Part shown: positions 51,575-61,749 of the stretch, one piece after another
Layout: every line of letters begins with the position of its first letter
How positions within the stretch are numbered: position 1 is the stretch's first letter
Source of the DNA: Candidatus Campbellbacteria bacterium
GTDB lineage: Bacteria > Patescibacteriota > Minisyncoccia > Phycocordibacterales > EsbW-18
Assembly (NCBI GenBank): GCA_024653945.1
Contig: JANLIT010000002.1
Span: forward strand, 80,255 to 144,254
Direction: 5' to 3'
DNA length: 64,000 nt
Program-made: the position numbers and the translations under genes
The notes under the pieces: generated by a model
The model's input: only the letters and a program-made list of their open reading frames with translations
Told to the model about the DNA's origin: nothing
The model's database searches: none

Positions 51575-52675
51575 ATGAAAATACTCCTACAAAAAGAACA
51601 TCTGTATAACGCTCTGGTGGCAACAGAAAGAGTCACTGGAAAAAATCTTTCTCTCCCAGTTCTTCGGTGTGTTCTTTTGATTGCAGAAAAAAAAGAGCTT
51701 GTTGTGAGGGCAACAAACTTAGATATTGGAGTTGAAGTACGAGTTCCCGCAGATGTTTCAGAAGAGGGAACGGTTGCTGTTCCTGCAGACACTCTTTTTA
51801 CACTTCTTTCCACACTTTCTTATGAAGGTCCACTAACTCTTTCTCTTGTAGACGGATCAATTGTGCTTTCAACGCCAAAAAGTACAACCCGTGTTGCCAC
51901 ACTTTCTCATGAAGATTTTCCACGATTACCAAAAATATCAGACAATCATCTTTTTACTATTCAGGCAAAAGATTTTGTTACAGGACTAAAAAGCGTGTGG
52001 TGGAGTGCCTCGGTTTCAAGTATTAAACCAGAACTTTCAAGTATTTATTTATACCAAAACGGCGAACACCTTGTGTGTGTTGCAACAGACTCGTTTCGTC
52101 TTGCTGAGAAAAAAATAAAAATTTCAAAAACAGAAAAACTTGACTCACTTCTTATTCCACTTAAAAACGTCGTTGAAATTATACGGCATCTTGAAAATTT
52201 TTCCGGCGACATTTCTGTGTATGGAGACGTACACCAGATTGGCTTTACGCTTGGAAACACGTACATCACCTCCCGTGTTGTTGACGGAGTATTTCCAGAC
52301 TACAAACAAATTATTCCGAAAACATTTGAAACAGAGATGACACTTTTAAAACAAGATCTTGCAGATGCACTTAAACATGTTCGAATTTTTTCAGGACAAT
52401 TTAATAAACTATTGGTTAGTATTAACCATACAAAAAAACAATGTGTCGTTCAAACAACAAACCCTGAATCGGGTGAAAGTAGCGTCTCTCTTGATGCGGC
52501 AATTACAGGTCCGGATATTACTATGAGCTTTAATTATGCGTACATACTTGATGCTCTCCAAACGGTTGCAACAGATTCAGTAACCCTACAATTTGCTGGG
52601 GTTGGAAAACCAACACAAATTCGCAGTGTGGGAGATCAATCATTTTTGTACATTGTGATGCCAATGAACCGATAA
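51575..52675 (+). CDS. dnaN: DNA polymerase III beta sliding clamp
   Basis: 366 aa with a three-domain clamp architecture. Positioned immediately after dnaA. Confidence 0.88.
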   Translation: MKILLQKEHLYNALVATERVTGKNLSLPVLRCVLLIAEKKELVVRATNLDIGVEVRVPADVSEEGTVAVPADTLFTLLSTLSYEGPLTLSLVDGSIVLSTPKSTTRVATLSHEDFPRLPKISDNHLFTIQAKDFVTGLKSVWWSASVSSIKPELSSIYLYQNGEHLVCVATDSFRLAEKKIKISKTEKLDSLLIPLKNVVEIIRHLENFSGDISVYGDVHQIGFTLGNTYITSRVVDGVFPDYKQIIPKTFETEMTLLKQDLADALKHVRIFSGQFNKLLVSINHTKKQCVVQTTNPESGESSVSLDAAITGPDITMSFNYAYILDALQTVATDSVTLQFAGVGKPTQIRSVGDQSFLYIVMPMNR

Positions 52676-52677
52676 GT

Positions 52678-52935
52678 ATGAGAGGAATACTTGATTTTTT
52701 GTCACGATACAAAGAAATTACACCACCAGACATCGTGGTGCGAAGAAAACTTATTGATGTTATTGAAGAAAAAACAAAAATACGATTAGAAGGAAAGGAT
52801 GTTCGTATTATTGGGCCTGTTGCGTATTGTGGTGTTGAAAGCGGTTTAAAAAACATGCTCTTTTTAAAAAAAGAAGATATTTTACAACGTCTTGAAGAAA
52901 CCCTCGGGAAAAAAATAGTAAAAGATATTCAATAG
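52678..52935 (+). CDS. DUF721-like small protein
   Basis: 85 aa immediately after dnaN, the usual position of DUF721. GKDVRIIGPVAYCGVESGLKNMLFLKKEDILQRLEE fits the DUF721 pattern. Confidence 0.45.
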   Translation: MRGILDFLSRYKEITPPDIVVRRKLIDVIEEKTKIRLEGKDVRIIGPVAYCGVESGLKNMLFLKKEDILQRLEETLGKKIVKDIQ

Positions 52936-52945
52936 GTGTATTTAT

Positions 52946-53031
52946 CCCGTTAGAGAATACCCCGTAGCAAACCACGGGGCTTATGTTGTACGAGCGCGGG
53001 GTCTAGTCCCCCGTGTAAGTTCTCTAGCGGG
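52946..53031. repeat. MITE-like inverted-repeat element, copy e (86 bp)
   Basis: CCCGTTAGAGAATACCCCGTAGC ... TTCTCTAGCGGG, with an internal CCCCGTAGCAAACCACGGGG hairpin. Flanked by ATTTAT and ACTTAT. It ends 3 nt before the stop of the minus-strand PBP gene. Confidence 0.55.
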
Positions 53032-53033
53032 AC

Positions 53034-55520
53034 TTATTTAAGTGAAAATGATTTTGTGACACCAACCTTACTGCCATCTGTTTTGTGGAAGATAAAATAG
53101 AGTGCGTTTTCTTCCTCGAGTGTTAAATCTGAATCAATAGGAAACGAGAGGGAGTACGAACCGCGAACAACATCAGGAACCACGGTATTATTTATTAACA
53201 CCTCGGTCTGGTTATTATTATAGCCAGCAGGGAGTGTGAGTCTAAGAGAAATAGTGTCGTCTTTTTGATAGGATGACTTAAGTCCAGTTATACCAATATC
53301 TCCTGAGGTAGCCCCGGTGTCCGAGTTTGATGTAGAAAGTGGTGTGTTGGTAATAATTTTTACACCAGATGAATATCCGTTTTGTGCTGCCCACGCGCGT
53401 ACGGGGTACTCCCAGTATGCGTATTGAGGGTCATTTGAGGGATTGCTTGGAGCAGGGCCGGTTGGGTCGTCGGTATTTATCCAATGAAGAACATCATGCA
53501 CATTTTGGGTCACCTCAATTTTACGAAATGCATCAGGGGTATTGTTTTTTGCGGGACTGCCTGTTCGTGAATCTATTTCTTGAGTATCTCCTCCTTGCCA
53601 AATACCCAAGAGAACGGGTTTGTTTGAGGTTGATTTTTCTGGACTTGAAAAATGTGAGTCGGGATATTTTTGTAAAGCTACGTCCATAAAACGGTGCCAC
53701 AGTGGGGCAATAACAAATCCAGCAACCTTTTTGTCAATAGGTGTGTTGTCGTTGTTTCCTCCCCACGCACCAACGGCAATGTTCGGTGTATATCCGATAA
53801 TCCACACATCACGGTAGTCATTTGTGGTTCCCGTTTTTACCGCAACATCAGTACTTGGAAAATATAACGCAGACGCTGCTCCAAACGACGGTGTGCGTGC
53901 GATATTGTCAGACAAGATGCTTGATATTTGTCGTGCAATATTTTGCTCCAATACACGAGAGGGGTGTTCAGAAAATTGTTCAAGCACAGTCCCATCAGAA
54001 CGTTCAACTTTGAGAATAGATTTTGTTTCGTTGCGTATGCCCCCATTACCAAACACACCGTATGCACTTGTAAGGTCCAGTAAGGTTACTTCTCCACCAC
54101 CAAGCACCAACGTGAGACCGTATCGTGACGCGTCTGCAAGTGTTGAAATGCCCATATCTCGGGCGGTCTTAATAGATGCAGTAATTCCAGCAAGATAGAG
54201 TGCTTTCACCGCAGGAATGTTAATTGACTGTGCAAGTGCGCTGCGAATACTTATTGGTCCACGAAACTTGGAATCGTAGTTTTCAGGATAGTAACAAGGT
54301 GTTGCACTTTTTGTACTTGTTACGGGGCACGCAGTTGAAAATTGTGTTGGAAGATCAAAGAGAACTGTTTCAGGTGTGATTCCTTTTTTAAAAGCGGTTG
54401 CATAGACAAATGGTTTGAACGCAGACCCAGGTTGTCGTTTTGCCGTCGCGATGTTTACATTTCCATCTATTGCGGTATCAAAATAATCACGTGAACCAAC
54501 CATGACAAGAATCTGACCAGTTTTTGGGTCAACGGCAACGAGACCAGCATTTTCTGCTTTAAATTTTGCTTCGTTTTCTAGCGCCCCCTCCCGTACAATT
54601 TCCTCTGCCTGTTCCTGTAATTCATAATCAAGTGTTGTAATGACACGCAGCCCATCTTCTTCAAGTGCGTTTTGTCCATACTTTTGCTCAAGGTATTGAA
54701 GAATATAAAAAACAAAATGAGGCGCAAGGAGTCCTTTTTCTGGACGAGGTTTAAACTCCACCTTTTCTATTTTTGCAGTGTCATACTCTTCTTGTGTAAT
54801 AAATTTGTCTTCAAGCATTCGGCTTAACACAAGATTTTTTCTATCCTCAAGCTTGTCTACGTTGTCACCATACGGAGAATAAAACGTTGGGGCTTGAGGA
54901 AGTGCGGCGAGATATGCAGATTCAGACAAAGTAATTTCTGAGGCATCTTTATGAAAAAAAGTACGACTGGCTTCTTCAACACCATACACACTTCCTCCAT
55001 ATGGTGTTTCATTGAGATACAATGCAAGAATTTCTTCCTTGGAAAGATTTTGTTCCAACTTAAGGGCGAGAACCCACTCTTTTAGTTTTCGTGAAATAGT
55101 TTTTTCTTGTGTAAGGAGAGAGTTTTTTACAACTTGTTGAGTAATAGTAGAACCGCCCTGGCTGTACTGAAGGGAAAGAATATTAACAAGAACTGCTCGA
55201 AAAAGGGAACTCCACTTAATGCCGTGGTGCTGATAAAACTCAGCATCTTCAATAGCAACGGTTGCGTTTTTGACGTTTCGAGAAATTTGGTCAAATGGAA
55301 TAACGGTGCGTTGAATATTTTCATGGAGGTCATACAGAAGGACCTCGCCGGTGCGGTCATATATTTTTGTTGACTGCTGGACCTTTCGCTCTTCAAACAC
55401 ATCAAAATCAGGCAATCGCAATGAGGCGGCCCAAAACAAGACAACCCCAGCACCCAAGGCGCCGAGACCAAGAAGCAAGAGTGCTGCTGTGTAGTACGGG
55501 TGGTGTTTCTTACGAGTCAT
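53034..55520 (-). CDS. Class A penicillin-binding protein (glycosyltransferase GT51 + transpeptidase) with a C-terminal extension
   Basis: N-terminal TM. GT51 motifs (EDAEFYQHHG, GGSTITQQ). Transpeptidase SGSAFKPF, SLN and KTG motifs. Extra ~200-aa C-terminal domain. Confidence 0.88.
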   Translation of the reverse strand: MTRKKHHPYYTAALLLLGLGALGAGVVLFWAASLRLPDFDVFEERKVQQSTKIYDRTGEVLLYDLHENIQRTVIPFDQISRNVKNATVAIEDAEFYQHHGIKWSSLFRAVLVNILSLQYSQGGSTITQQVVKNSLLTQEKTISRKLKEWVLALKLEQNLSKEEILALYLNETPYGGSVYGVEEASRTFFHKDASEITLSESAYLAALPQAPTFYSPYGDNVDKLEDRKNLVLSRMLEDKFITQEEYDTAKIEKVEFKPRPEKGLLAPHFVFYILQYLEQKYGQNALEEDGLRVITTLDYELQEQAEEIVREGALENEAKFKAENAGLVAVDPKTGQILVMVGSRDYFDTAIDGNVNIATAKRQPGSAFKPFVYATAFKKGITPETVLFDLPTQFSTACPVTSTKSATPCYYPENYDSKFRGPISIRSALAQSINIPAVKALYLAGITASIKTARDMGISTLADASRYGLTLVLGGGEVTLLDLTSAYGVFGNGGIRNETKSILKVERSDGTVLEQFSEHPSRVLEQNIARQISSILSDNIARTPSFGAASALYFPSTDVAVKTGTTNDYRDVWIIGYTPNIAVGAWGGNNDNTPIDKKVAGFVIAPLWHRFMDVALQKYPDSHFSSPEKSTSNKPVLLGIWQGGDTQEIDSRTGSPAKNNTPDAFRKIEVTQNVHDVLHWINTDDPTGPAPSNPSNDPQYAYWEYPVRAWAAQNGYSSGVKIITNTPLSTSNSDTGATSGDIGITGLKSSYQKDDTISLRLTLPAGYNNNQTEVLINNTVVPDVVRGSYSLSFPIDSDLTLEEENALYFIFHKTDGSKVGVTKSFSLK

Positions 55521-55608
55521 AACAAGTATGTGATGATTATATCACGCAGTATTTACGGTAGATATCAAATGGAGCGATGTGGCGCACCATGATACACTAC
55601 GATGGTAT

Positions 55609-56841
55609 ATGACGGCAAAAAAGCAAAAAGATACGGTCATAGTTGATTCTGCGCGCATACAGGAGGTTTTGACGCGCGGTGTCGCCGAAACCATTTCATT
55701 TGAGAATTTGAAGAAAAAACTACTGTCTGGAAAACGTTTGCGGGTAAAGCTCGGCATTGACCCAACAAGCCCCAACATACATCTGGGGCGTGCGGTAACC
55801 CTTTTGAAGCTAAGAGATTTTCAGGAGCTTGGACATATTCCGGTTTTGATTATTGGAGATGCAACGGGTGTTATAGGCGATACGTCGGACAAAGATTCCG
55901 GACGGCCTATGTTGTCATCAAAAGAGGTGAAGAACAATGAAAAAACATACCTCAAACAAATTGAAAAAATAGTTGACCTTTCTCGCGCCGAAGTACACCA
56001 CAATTCAAAATGGCTGAACAAACTCTCATTTGCAGAAATTGGCGAACAAGCAGACCAGTTTTCAATCTCTGATTTTATTGCGCGGGATATCATTAAGCGC
56101 CGACTTGTTGCTGGAAAGCGCGTTTCGCTACGAGAAACACTGTACCCACTTATGCAGGGTTATGACAGTGTGGCAATTAAGGCTGACATTGAGATTGGTG
56201 GCACCGACCAACGCTTTAATGTGCTTTCTGGGCGTGTGTTGCAACAACACTATAAACAGGAGTCACAAGATGTCGTCATTATGGAGATGCTTTTGGGAAT
56301 TGATGGAAGAAAGATGAGTTCAAGTTGGGGAAATATTATTGCACTTACCGATACGCCCAATGTGATGTATGCCAACATCATGCGTGTGCACGATAGTTTG
56401 GTAATGAAATATTTTGAAATCTGTACACGTGTTTCAGGAGAAGAAGTGGCACGTTTGCAAAAAGAATTCGCTACTCGTCCACGAGAATTAAAGATGCGAT
56501 TAGCGCGAGAGATTGTGACACTTTATCACTCACCAGGCGCCGCACAAAAAGCAGAAGAGGAATTTGTAAAAGTGTTTAGCAACAAAGAACTTCCAAGCTC
56601 AATGCCGGAGACGCTTATCGGTAACGCGTCTTCATTAGAAGACGTGCTTATGAAAGAGGGGATGGTGCCTTCAAAATCAGAAATCCGTCGACTTATTGAA
56701 GGTGGTGGTTTGCGTGATGCAGAAACAGGAGAAAAAATTCACGAAGTGAAGGCCCCTATTTCAAAGTCAATCATTCTCAAGATTGGAAAGAAAAAGTTTC
56801 TCAAAATCACCCTTAAACATGTTCCCAAAAAGAAGGAATAA
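55609..56841 (+). CDS. tyrS: Tyrosine--tRNA ligase
   Basis: PNIHLGR (HIGH-like), LGHIPVLIIGDATGVIGDTSDK, KMSSS (KMSKS-like), and a C-terminal S4-like domain. Confidence 0.75.
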   Translation: MTAKKQKDTVIVDSARIQEVLTRGVAETISFENLKKKLLSGKRLRVKLGIDPTSPNIHLGRAVTLLKLRDFQELGHIPVLIIGDATGVIGDTSDKDSGRPMLSSKEVKNNEKTYLKQIEKIVDLSRAEVHHNSKWLNKLSFAEIGEQADQFSISDFIARDIIKRRLVAGKRVSLRETLYPLMQGYDSVAIKADIEIGGTDQRFNVLSGRVLQQHYKQESQDVVIMEMLLGIDGRKMSSSWGNIIALTDTPNVMYANIMRVHDSLVMKYFEICTRVSGEEVARLQKEFATRPRELKMRLAREIVTLYHSPGAAQKAEEEFVKVFSNKELPSSMPETLIGNASSLEDVLMKEGMVPSKSEIRRLIEGGGLRDAETGEKIHEVKAPISKSIILKIGKKKFLKITLKHVPKKKE

Positions 56842-56842
56842 C

Positions 56843-56870
56843 AAAAAACCGCCCTCTTGGCGGTTTTTTG
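56843..56870. terminator. Bidirectional terminator
   Basis: AAAAAACCGCC-CTCTT-GGCGGTTTTTT. Confidence 0.7.
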
Positions 56871-56879
56871 TTTGAGAAC

Positions 56880-57092
56880 TTATAGTTCTTCATCAAGTTC
56901 GTCCGAAAGCAATCCAATATCATCATCTTCTTCCTCATCCTCATCGAGTGGTGCAACTGGTTTTGGCACAATAGAATCTTCCTCCTCATCTGGTTCTACA
57001 GGAACAGGAACATCTACGGCGTCATCCCACGGAGACAGTGCATCATCGTCCTCTGCGATGAGTGGTGCAAGAGATGCGTCTGCGTCAAACAT
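56880..57092 (-). CDS. Small, highly acidic hypothetical protein (70 aa)
   Basis: MFDADASLAPLIAEDDDALSPWDDAV...DEDEEEDDDIGLLSDELDEEL. Has a terminator on its 3' side. The Ser-rich plus-strand ORF 56857-57156 is the alternative and is rejected. Confidence 0.35.
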   Translation of the reverse strand: MFDADASLAPLIAEDDDALSPWDDAVDVPVPVEPDEEEDSIVPKPVAPLDEDEEEDDDIGLLSDELDEEL

Positions 57093-57336
57093 AGGCTCAC
57101 TATTAGGTAGTAAAAACGCTGTGCGCGTTTGTATTAGCTCCTCGGCTCGGAAATAAAAGAATGTTTCCTTTTATTTCACTCGCCCCTCGTCGCTAATAAT
57201 CTCTCACAAAAACAGTGCCAGTGCGAGAGTGGGTATGTTGTACCAAATCATGCGCAGGAGTTCAAGACCCCCCAGACCCTCAGGTGAATAATGTGTGGAC
57301 AACTGAATAGAAAGGAAAAGAGGGTATACTTTCACC

Positions 57337-57810
57337 ATGAAGGTACTTGGTATAGATCCTGGATATGGCCGCCTCGGTATTTCCGTACTTGAGGGCGACA
57401 GACAAAAACAACGCATTCTTTTTTCTGAATGTTTTGTAACTGATTCTAAAGAAGATTTTTCAAAACGACTATTGAAATCAATACGGCGTGTTGAAGCTAT
57501 TTGTACAGAATATGCTCCTGACGCAGTTGCACTCGAGACGCTTTTTTTTAGTAACAATCAAAAAACTGCAATGAATGTTGCGGAAGTTCGTGGGGCGCTT
57601 GTGTATCTTGCAGAAGATAAAGAAATACCGCTTGCTCAATATTCACCACAAGAAATAAAAATGGCAGTGTCTGGATATGGAAAAAGTTCAAAAGCAGATA
57701 TTGCAACAATGCTTACAAAACTTCTCGTCATCCCAAAGAAAAAAATGTTGGATGATGAATACGATGCAATTGGTGTTGCTCTCACACACCTTGTTAGTGC
57801 AAAACACTGA
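57337..57810 (+). CDS. ruvC: Crossover junction endodeoxyribonuclease RuvC
   Basis: MKVLGIDPGYGRLGISVLE...ALETLFF...DEYDAIGVALTH are the RuvC catalytic motifs. Confidence 0.85.
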   Translation: MKVLGIDPGYGRLGISVLEGDRQKQRILFSECFVTDSKEDFSKRLLKSIRRVEAICTEYAPDAVALETLFFSNNQKTAMNVAEVRGALVYLAEDKEIPLAQYSPQEIKMAVSGYGKSSKADIATMLTKLLVIPKKKMLDDEYDAIGVALTHLVSAKH

Positions 57811-57812
57811 CA

Positions 57813-58337
57813 CTACTCGGCGTTTGTATACACCTCCTGCACATCATCATTATCTTCAAGTTCTTCAATGAGGCCGGCGAGTTTCATTCCGTCTTCTTCA
57901 GAAAGGGGAATGGTTGTTGATGGCGCCCACCCTTCGGAGGTTTTGGTGAATGCCCAACTTGCCGATCCGGGGGCTGCAAGCGCGAGCCCATTTTCAGAAA
58001 GAAGGTGTTTCATTTCTTGAGATGTTCTGTTTTTGCTATCGGTGAGTCCTTCAATAATAAGCGCACAGCCCCCCGGTCCGTATGCCTCATAGGTTACTTT
58101 TTCATCAGCAACGGTGTTTTGGGCACTTTGTATTGATCGGTCGATATTATCTTTGGGCATATTTGCTACACGCGCTTTTTCAATAGCCGCCTTGAGGGTT
58201 GGTGCGTTGAGGTCACCCTTCGTAACCCGGGCCTCCGTTTTGATGAGTTTCACCAGTTTGGTAAAGAGTTTTCCGCGTTGTGCATCAACGGCACCCTTCT
58301 TTTGCTTTATTTGGCTCCACTTATTGTGTCCGGACAT
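57813..58337 (-). CDS. YebC/PmpR-family DNA-binding regulatory protein (short form)
   Basis: MSGHNKWSQIKQKKGAVDAQRGKLFTKL is the YebC N-terminal signature. Confidence 0.8.
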   Translation of the reverse strand: MSGHNKWSQIKQKKGAVDAQRGKLFTKLVKLIKTEARVTKGDLNAPTLKAAIEKARVANMPKDNIDRSIQSAQNTVADEKVTYEAYGPGGCALIIEGLTDSKNRTSQEMKHLLSENGLALAAPGSASWAFTKTSEGWAPSTTIPLSEEDGMKLAGLIEELEDNDDVQEVYTNAE

Positions 58338-58552
58338 GGTTGATTTTTTAAGAGCTGAGCGATTAAAAAATCTCCACCCCACCCTCTTAATTTATCTAGT
58401 ATATCAAAGAACGGAAGAAATTTTTAGAGGGCGGGGTTCTCAAAAAATATAGTTGCTCGCGAGACTCGCGCCTTATTTTTTGGAAAAACAAAGGACGCAC
58501 CGAGGTGCGTCCGAAACCGTGCCGACATGTAAGCCATTAGAATTTCCAGCAC

Positions 58553-58906
58553 CTACACAGGCGGGCGGGGGGTGAGGTGTGGAGACTTCAGCGCGCGAAG
58601 CTCCATTTGGGAGCCGTGCACAAACCATAACACCAGACCCCCAACAAGACCGAGGATGAACACAAGCCAGTTTGCACGTGAGAGGTCGGTGGTTAGGGGG
58701 TGAAACCTTGTCGCCGGAAAGAGTGGTGAAAAAAGTATCACCAATGCGAATGCCCAGTTTTGCAACAAAAATCCTCCAGACAGGCGCTCAAGAACACATA
58801 GCGCTCCGACCATAACAAGAGGAAACCAAACCGCTTTCAAAAACTCCCACAGAAGGAATGCAAACCACAACACAATCAGGGTTGCCACTTCGCCGAGCGT
58901 TTCCAT
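58553..58906 (-). CDS. Hypothetical polytopic membrane protein
   Basis: Four hydrophobic helices. The start is taken at METLGEV; the ORF track extends to 58987. Confidence 0.35.
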   Translation of the reverse strand: METLGEVATLIVLWFAFLLWEFLKAVWFPLVMVGALCVLERLSGGFLLQNWAFALVILFSPLFPATRFHPLTTDLSRANWLVFILGLVGGLVLWFVHGSQMELRALKSPHLTPRPPV

Positions 58907-59056
58907 AAGTACCCTCCTTTGGAAAACAACACCGAGAACGTCTCTGTCTCTGAAGGTACCACCAGCGCTGTGTAATGCAATAGCCAAAGAAAAAGCCCCG
59001 CCTTAGCACAAAGTGCTTCGGCTGGGCGAAAGAACATCTTTTTTGCCAAGGCTCTC

Positions 59057-59656
59057 TTAGATATTGTATTCATCAACCAAAAAATGAGAGCCACCCGATA
59101 TCACCCCAGGCCCCTCAGTTGGTGGAGGTGGGGTCTTCTCTTCCTTGGGCCAGTACAACTTGATGGAGTACTTACCCTCGGCGGTCTTGAGAACTTCGTA
59201 GCCAGCTTCTTCGAGCGCCTTGCAGAGATTGAAAAAAATCTCCTGGTACCCCTTGAATGACGTGGTTGCGCTCTCGCTTCTTTCGCGAAGACTGAGGCTT
59301 GGCTCGCGGGCTTGAGACACCTCCGTTTGAAGATCACTGGCAATCTTCGATCCAAGACGAAGATTTACAGCAAGCTTGGTGAGTTTCTCATCAACTTCAT
59401 TTTGTCCGATGAACGAGCTTCGGATGATGAGCTCGTTCCGAAGCTCTTTGAGTTTCTTCAGGATGAGGAAGGTAAGAAGAACAATTCCCATACATCCAAG
59501 AGAAAAGAGGACAATGATATTGGAATCGGTTGGAACACCATCTCGAAACGCCAACATTCCGATGGATGTGAGTACAAACAGAGTACAAGCACCCCACAAT
59601 CTTTTTGTGACAGAGACATCCGACAAATCATATTTCAAATCTCGTTTCACATCCAC
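59057..59656 (-). CDS. Hypothetical membrane protein with two TM helices (199 aa)
   Basis: TM helices LWGACTLFVLTSIGMLAF and IIVLFSLGCMGIVLLTFLIL, followed by a coiled-coil-like C-terminus. Confidence 0.4.
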   Translation of the reverse strand: MDVKRDLKYDLSDVSVTKRLWGACTLFVLTSIGMLAFRDGVPTDSNIIVLFSLGCMGIVLLTFLILKKLKELRNELIIRSSFIGQNEVDEKLTKLAVNLRLGSKIASDLQTEVSQAREPSLSLRERSESATTSFKGYQEIFFNLCKALEEAGYEVLKTAEGKYSIKLYWPKEEKTPPPPTEGPGVISGGSHFLVDEYNI

Positions 59657-59790
59657 CTCCTCCCGCTTTTTGCGGGTGACGTTCCCGCCACAATGGGCCC
59701 ATGAGATCTGCTCGTGAGCAGAGACGATCCGCGCCTCTCAAGGAACATTCGAAACAACAATACGCTTTTGGAGCGTGGTGTCAATCGTAT

Positions 59791-59828
59791 AGAAAAAGCC
59801 CCGCCGCGCACTTGCGTGCAGGCGGGGC
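59791..59828 (-). terminator. GC-hairpin terminator for the 59835-60125 gene
   Basis: GCCCCGCCGCGCAC-TTGC-GTGCAGGCGGGGC. The minus strand has a U-run after it (plus-strand A-run at 59793-59797). Confidence 0.55.
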
Positions 59829-59834
59829 GGGGCA

Positions 59835-60125
59835 TTAGCCACCAGTCGTTCCTCCCAATGAGGGGGAATTCGGAAGCTTCGTCCCGGGCCAGAATTCCTT
59901 CTCGAATCGCTCGGCATCCTCCTGAACTCTGCGGATGATCTGTGCAATCACGGCCCGCAATTTCTCCGGCGAGTCGAACTGGGCCAAGGTGCTCAGCCGT
60001 TCGGAGATGAGAATGGCGGGCATCATCACCTGGGGCGGGGTTCCCACCTCGTACAACCTTCTGAGGATGTAGTCGGCGTGGTACTTGATGAGCTCTTCGT
60101 CACCCTGCAGTCGAGTTTCGGGCAT
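59835..60125 (-). CDS. Hypothetical protein (96 aa)
   Basis: Intact ORF with a downstream terminator. Confidence 0.4.
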   Translation of the reverse strand: MPETRLQGDEELIKYHADYILRRLYEVGTPPQVMMPAILISERLSTLAQFDSPEKLRAVIAQIIRRVQEDAERFEKEFWPGTKLPNSPSLGGTTGG

Positions 60126-60193
60126 TTCAGCCTCCTTGTTGTTGGTGAACAGGTTCGGAAAGTATTATATTTTAAAATATACTTTTGTCAAGT

Positions 60194-61255
60194 CTACAGG
60201 AGTGACTCTTGATCAGCTGGTTTTGCACCAATATGTGCACGTCCTTTACCTGTAATGATACGTCCGCGAGGGGAGCGTTCAATAAAACCAAGTTGCATGA
60301 GATATGGTTCGTACACTTCTTCAATAGTTGCGGAGTCTTCTGACAGAGAAGCTGCAAGTGTTGAGAGTCCGACGGGTCCGCCGTTGAACGTGTCAACAAT
60401 AAGTGAAAGTAATTTTTGGTCTGTCGGCGTGAGTCCGCACTCATCAATACCAAGAAGTGTGAGGGCGTCGAGCACAACCTCGTGTGTAACATCTTTTTTG
60501 TGTACTTGTGCAAAATCGCGCACGCGTTTGAGCAAATAGTTTGCTGTGCGTGGTGTTGAGCGGCTTCGTTTTGCAATTTCTTTCAATGCGGAAGCATCGG
60601 CCTCTACGCCAAGCAGTTTCGCTGAGCGTTTGAGAATAGAAAAAATTTCTTCGTCAGTATAAAACTCCAATCGAAACATTCCTCCAGAAAAACGTGAACG
60701 AAGTGGAGCAGAAAGAAGTGCAATGCGCGTTGTTGCGGCAATCAAGGTGAATGGTGGAAGATCCAATTGCACCGTGCGTGCTGACGGACCCTTGCCGATG
60801 ATGATATCGAGACGCCCCGACTCCATGGCGGGGTAGAGAACTTCTTCAATTGCAGGATTAAGACGATGGATTTCATCAATAAACAAAATATCGTTTGGTG
60901 AAAGATTGGTGAGCACCGACGCGAGGTCACCAACGCGTTCAATTGCTGGGCCCGAAGTAATTTTAATTGCGTTGTTCAGTTCGTGAGCAATGAGGTGTGC
61001 AAGTGTTGTCTTTCCAAGACCCGCCGGTCCATAAAAAAGGATATGTTCTGGTGCATGCCCGCGCTCTTTTGCGGCAGACAATAAAATATGAAGGTTGTCT
61101 TTTGTTTGAGATTGTCCGATGTACTCGTTCCAGTGAGTTGGGCGAAGAGAAGCATCCAAATACACATCGCGGATTTCTTTTGGGGTCTCCTCGGCGGGTT
61201 TTTTGGAGGGACTTGAGCCCGTTAGAGTTTTTTCTTTATCGGAAAAAGATGTCAT
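60194..61255 (-). CDS. ruvB: Holliday junction branch-migration ATPase RuvB
   Basis: [12 protein letters not shown], Walker [12 protein letters not shown], Walker [11 protein letters not shown], sensor motifs. The alternative start at 61333 would add 26 aa. Confidence 0.88.
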   Translation of the reverse strand: MTSFSDKEKTLTGSSPSKKPAEETPKEIRDVYLDASLRPTHWNEYIGQSQTKDNLHILLSAAKERGHAPEHILFYGPAGLGKTTLAHLIAHELNNAIKITSGPAIERVGDLASVLTNLSPNDILFIDEIHRLNPAIEEVLYPAMESGRLDIIIGKGPSARTVQLDLPPFTLIAATTRIALLSAPLRSRFSGGMFRLEFYTDEEIFSILKRSAKLLGVEADASALKEIAKRSRSTPRTANYLLKRVRDFAQVHKKDVTHEVVLDALTLLGIDECGLTPTDQKLLSLIVDTFNGGPVGLSTLAASLSEDSATIEEVYEPYLMQLGFIERSPRGRIITGKGRAHIGAKPADQESLL

Positions 61256-61316
61256 AGGAGTATGTGCCCATTTTACAGGGTATTTTGATGTGGTCCAAGA
61301 TAAAACTTTAACGGGC

Positions 61317-61345
61317 TTGACATTCTCAATCAAGTATGCTAGGAT
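61317..61345 (+). promoter_or_regulatory. Sigma70-type promoter TTGACA-17-TAGGAT driving an unannotated plus-strand transcript
   Basis: cTTGACAttctcaatcaagtatgcTAGGATact. Confidence 0.45.
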
Positions 61346-61351
61346 ACTGTT

Positions 61352-61658
61352 GTTCTTTTCAGAAGCGGTTTCAGTAAGGGGTGGCGCACGGAAAGTCCTC
61401 TCAAGAGGAACGAATATTTTCTCGTGCTTACTTAACAGACAGGCGAGAAACCTCTAAGCAAACGTCATGGTCACATGCACAAAGTCGGTGAGGACCCGTT
61501 GGTTGTCTCGATCTCGCATCGAGGTAGCGAACAGTATCCTGAACAGATAATGTGGTTTTGCTTAGAGATTTCTCTTCTGTTAACCTACCCTTTATACTAC
61601 TCGTTATTAAGAAATAAGGAAAGCCACACCATATACTGCGGTGTGGCTTTCTTGTTTT
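61352..61658 (+). ncRNA. Candidate ~300-nt structured ncRNA of unknown identity
   Basis: Bounded by the promoter at 61317 and the terminator at 61621-61658 (AAGCCACACC...GGTGTGGCTT plus a U-run). It contains GGAAAGUCC (61389-61397) and ACAGAUAAUGUGGUUUUGCUUA near the 3' end, faint RNase P RNA-like motifs. It has no long ORF. Confidence 0.35.
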
Positions 61659-61749
61659 GTAAAGTTTTTGTTTTCTAACCACCAACCCCTTACTTCTAAC
61701 TTCCAATATCTATTATTTTGGAGCGGGTCTTTTGTGTTTTGTCTACTTT

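Noticed and set aside
56857-57156. Plus-strand Ser-rich ORF overlapping the acidic minus-strand ORF
   Set aside because: It would start inside the bidirectional terminator after tyrS. The minus-strand ORF has proper terminator placement.
61352-61658. Calling the unannotated RNA an RNase P RNA
   Set aside because: Only GGAAAGUCC and a weak ACAGAWAA...GCUUA match. The central conserved regions are not recognisable, so it is reported only as an unidentified ncRNA candidate.
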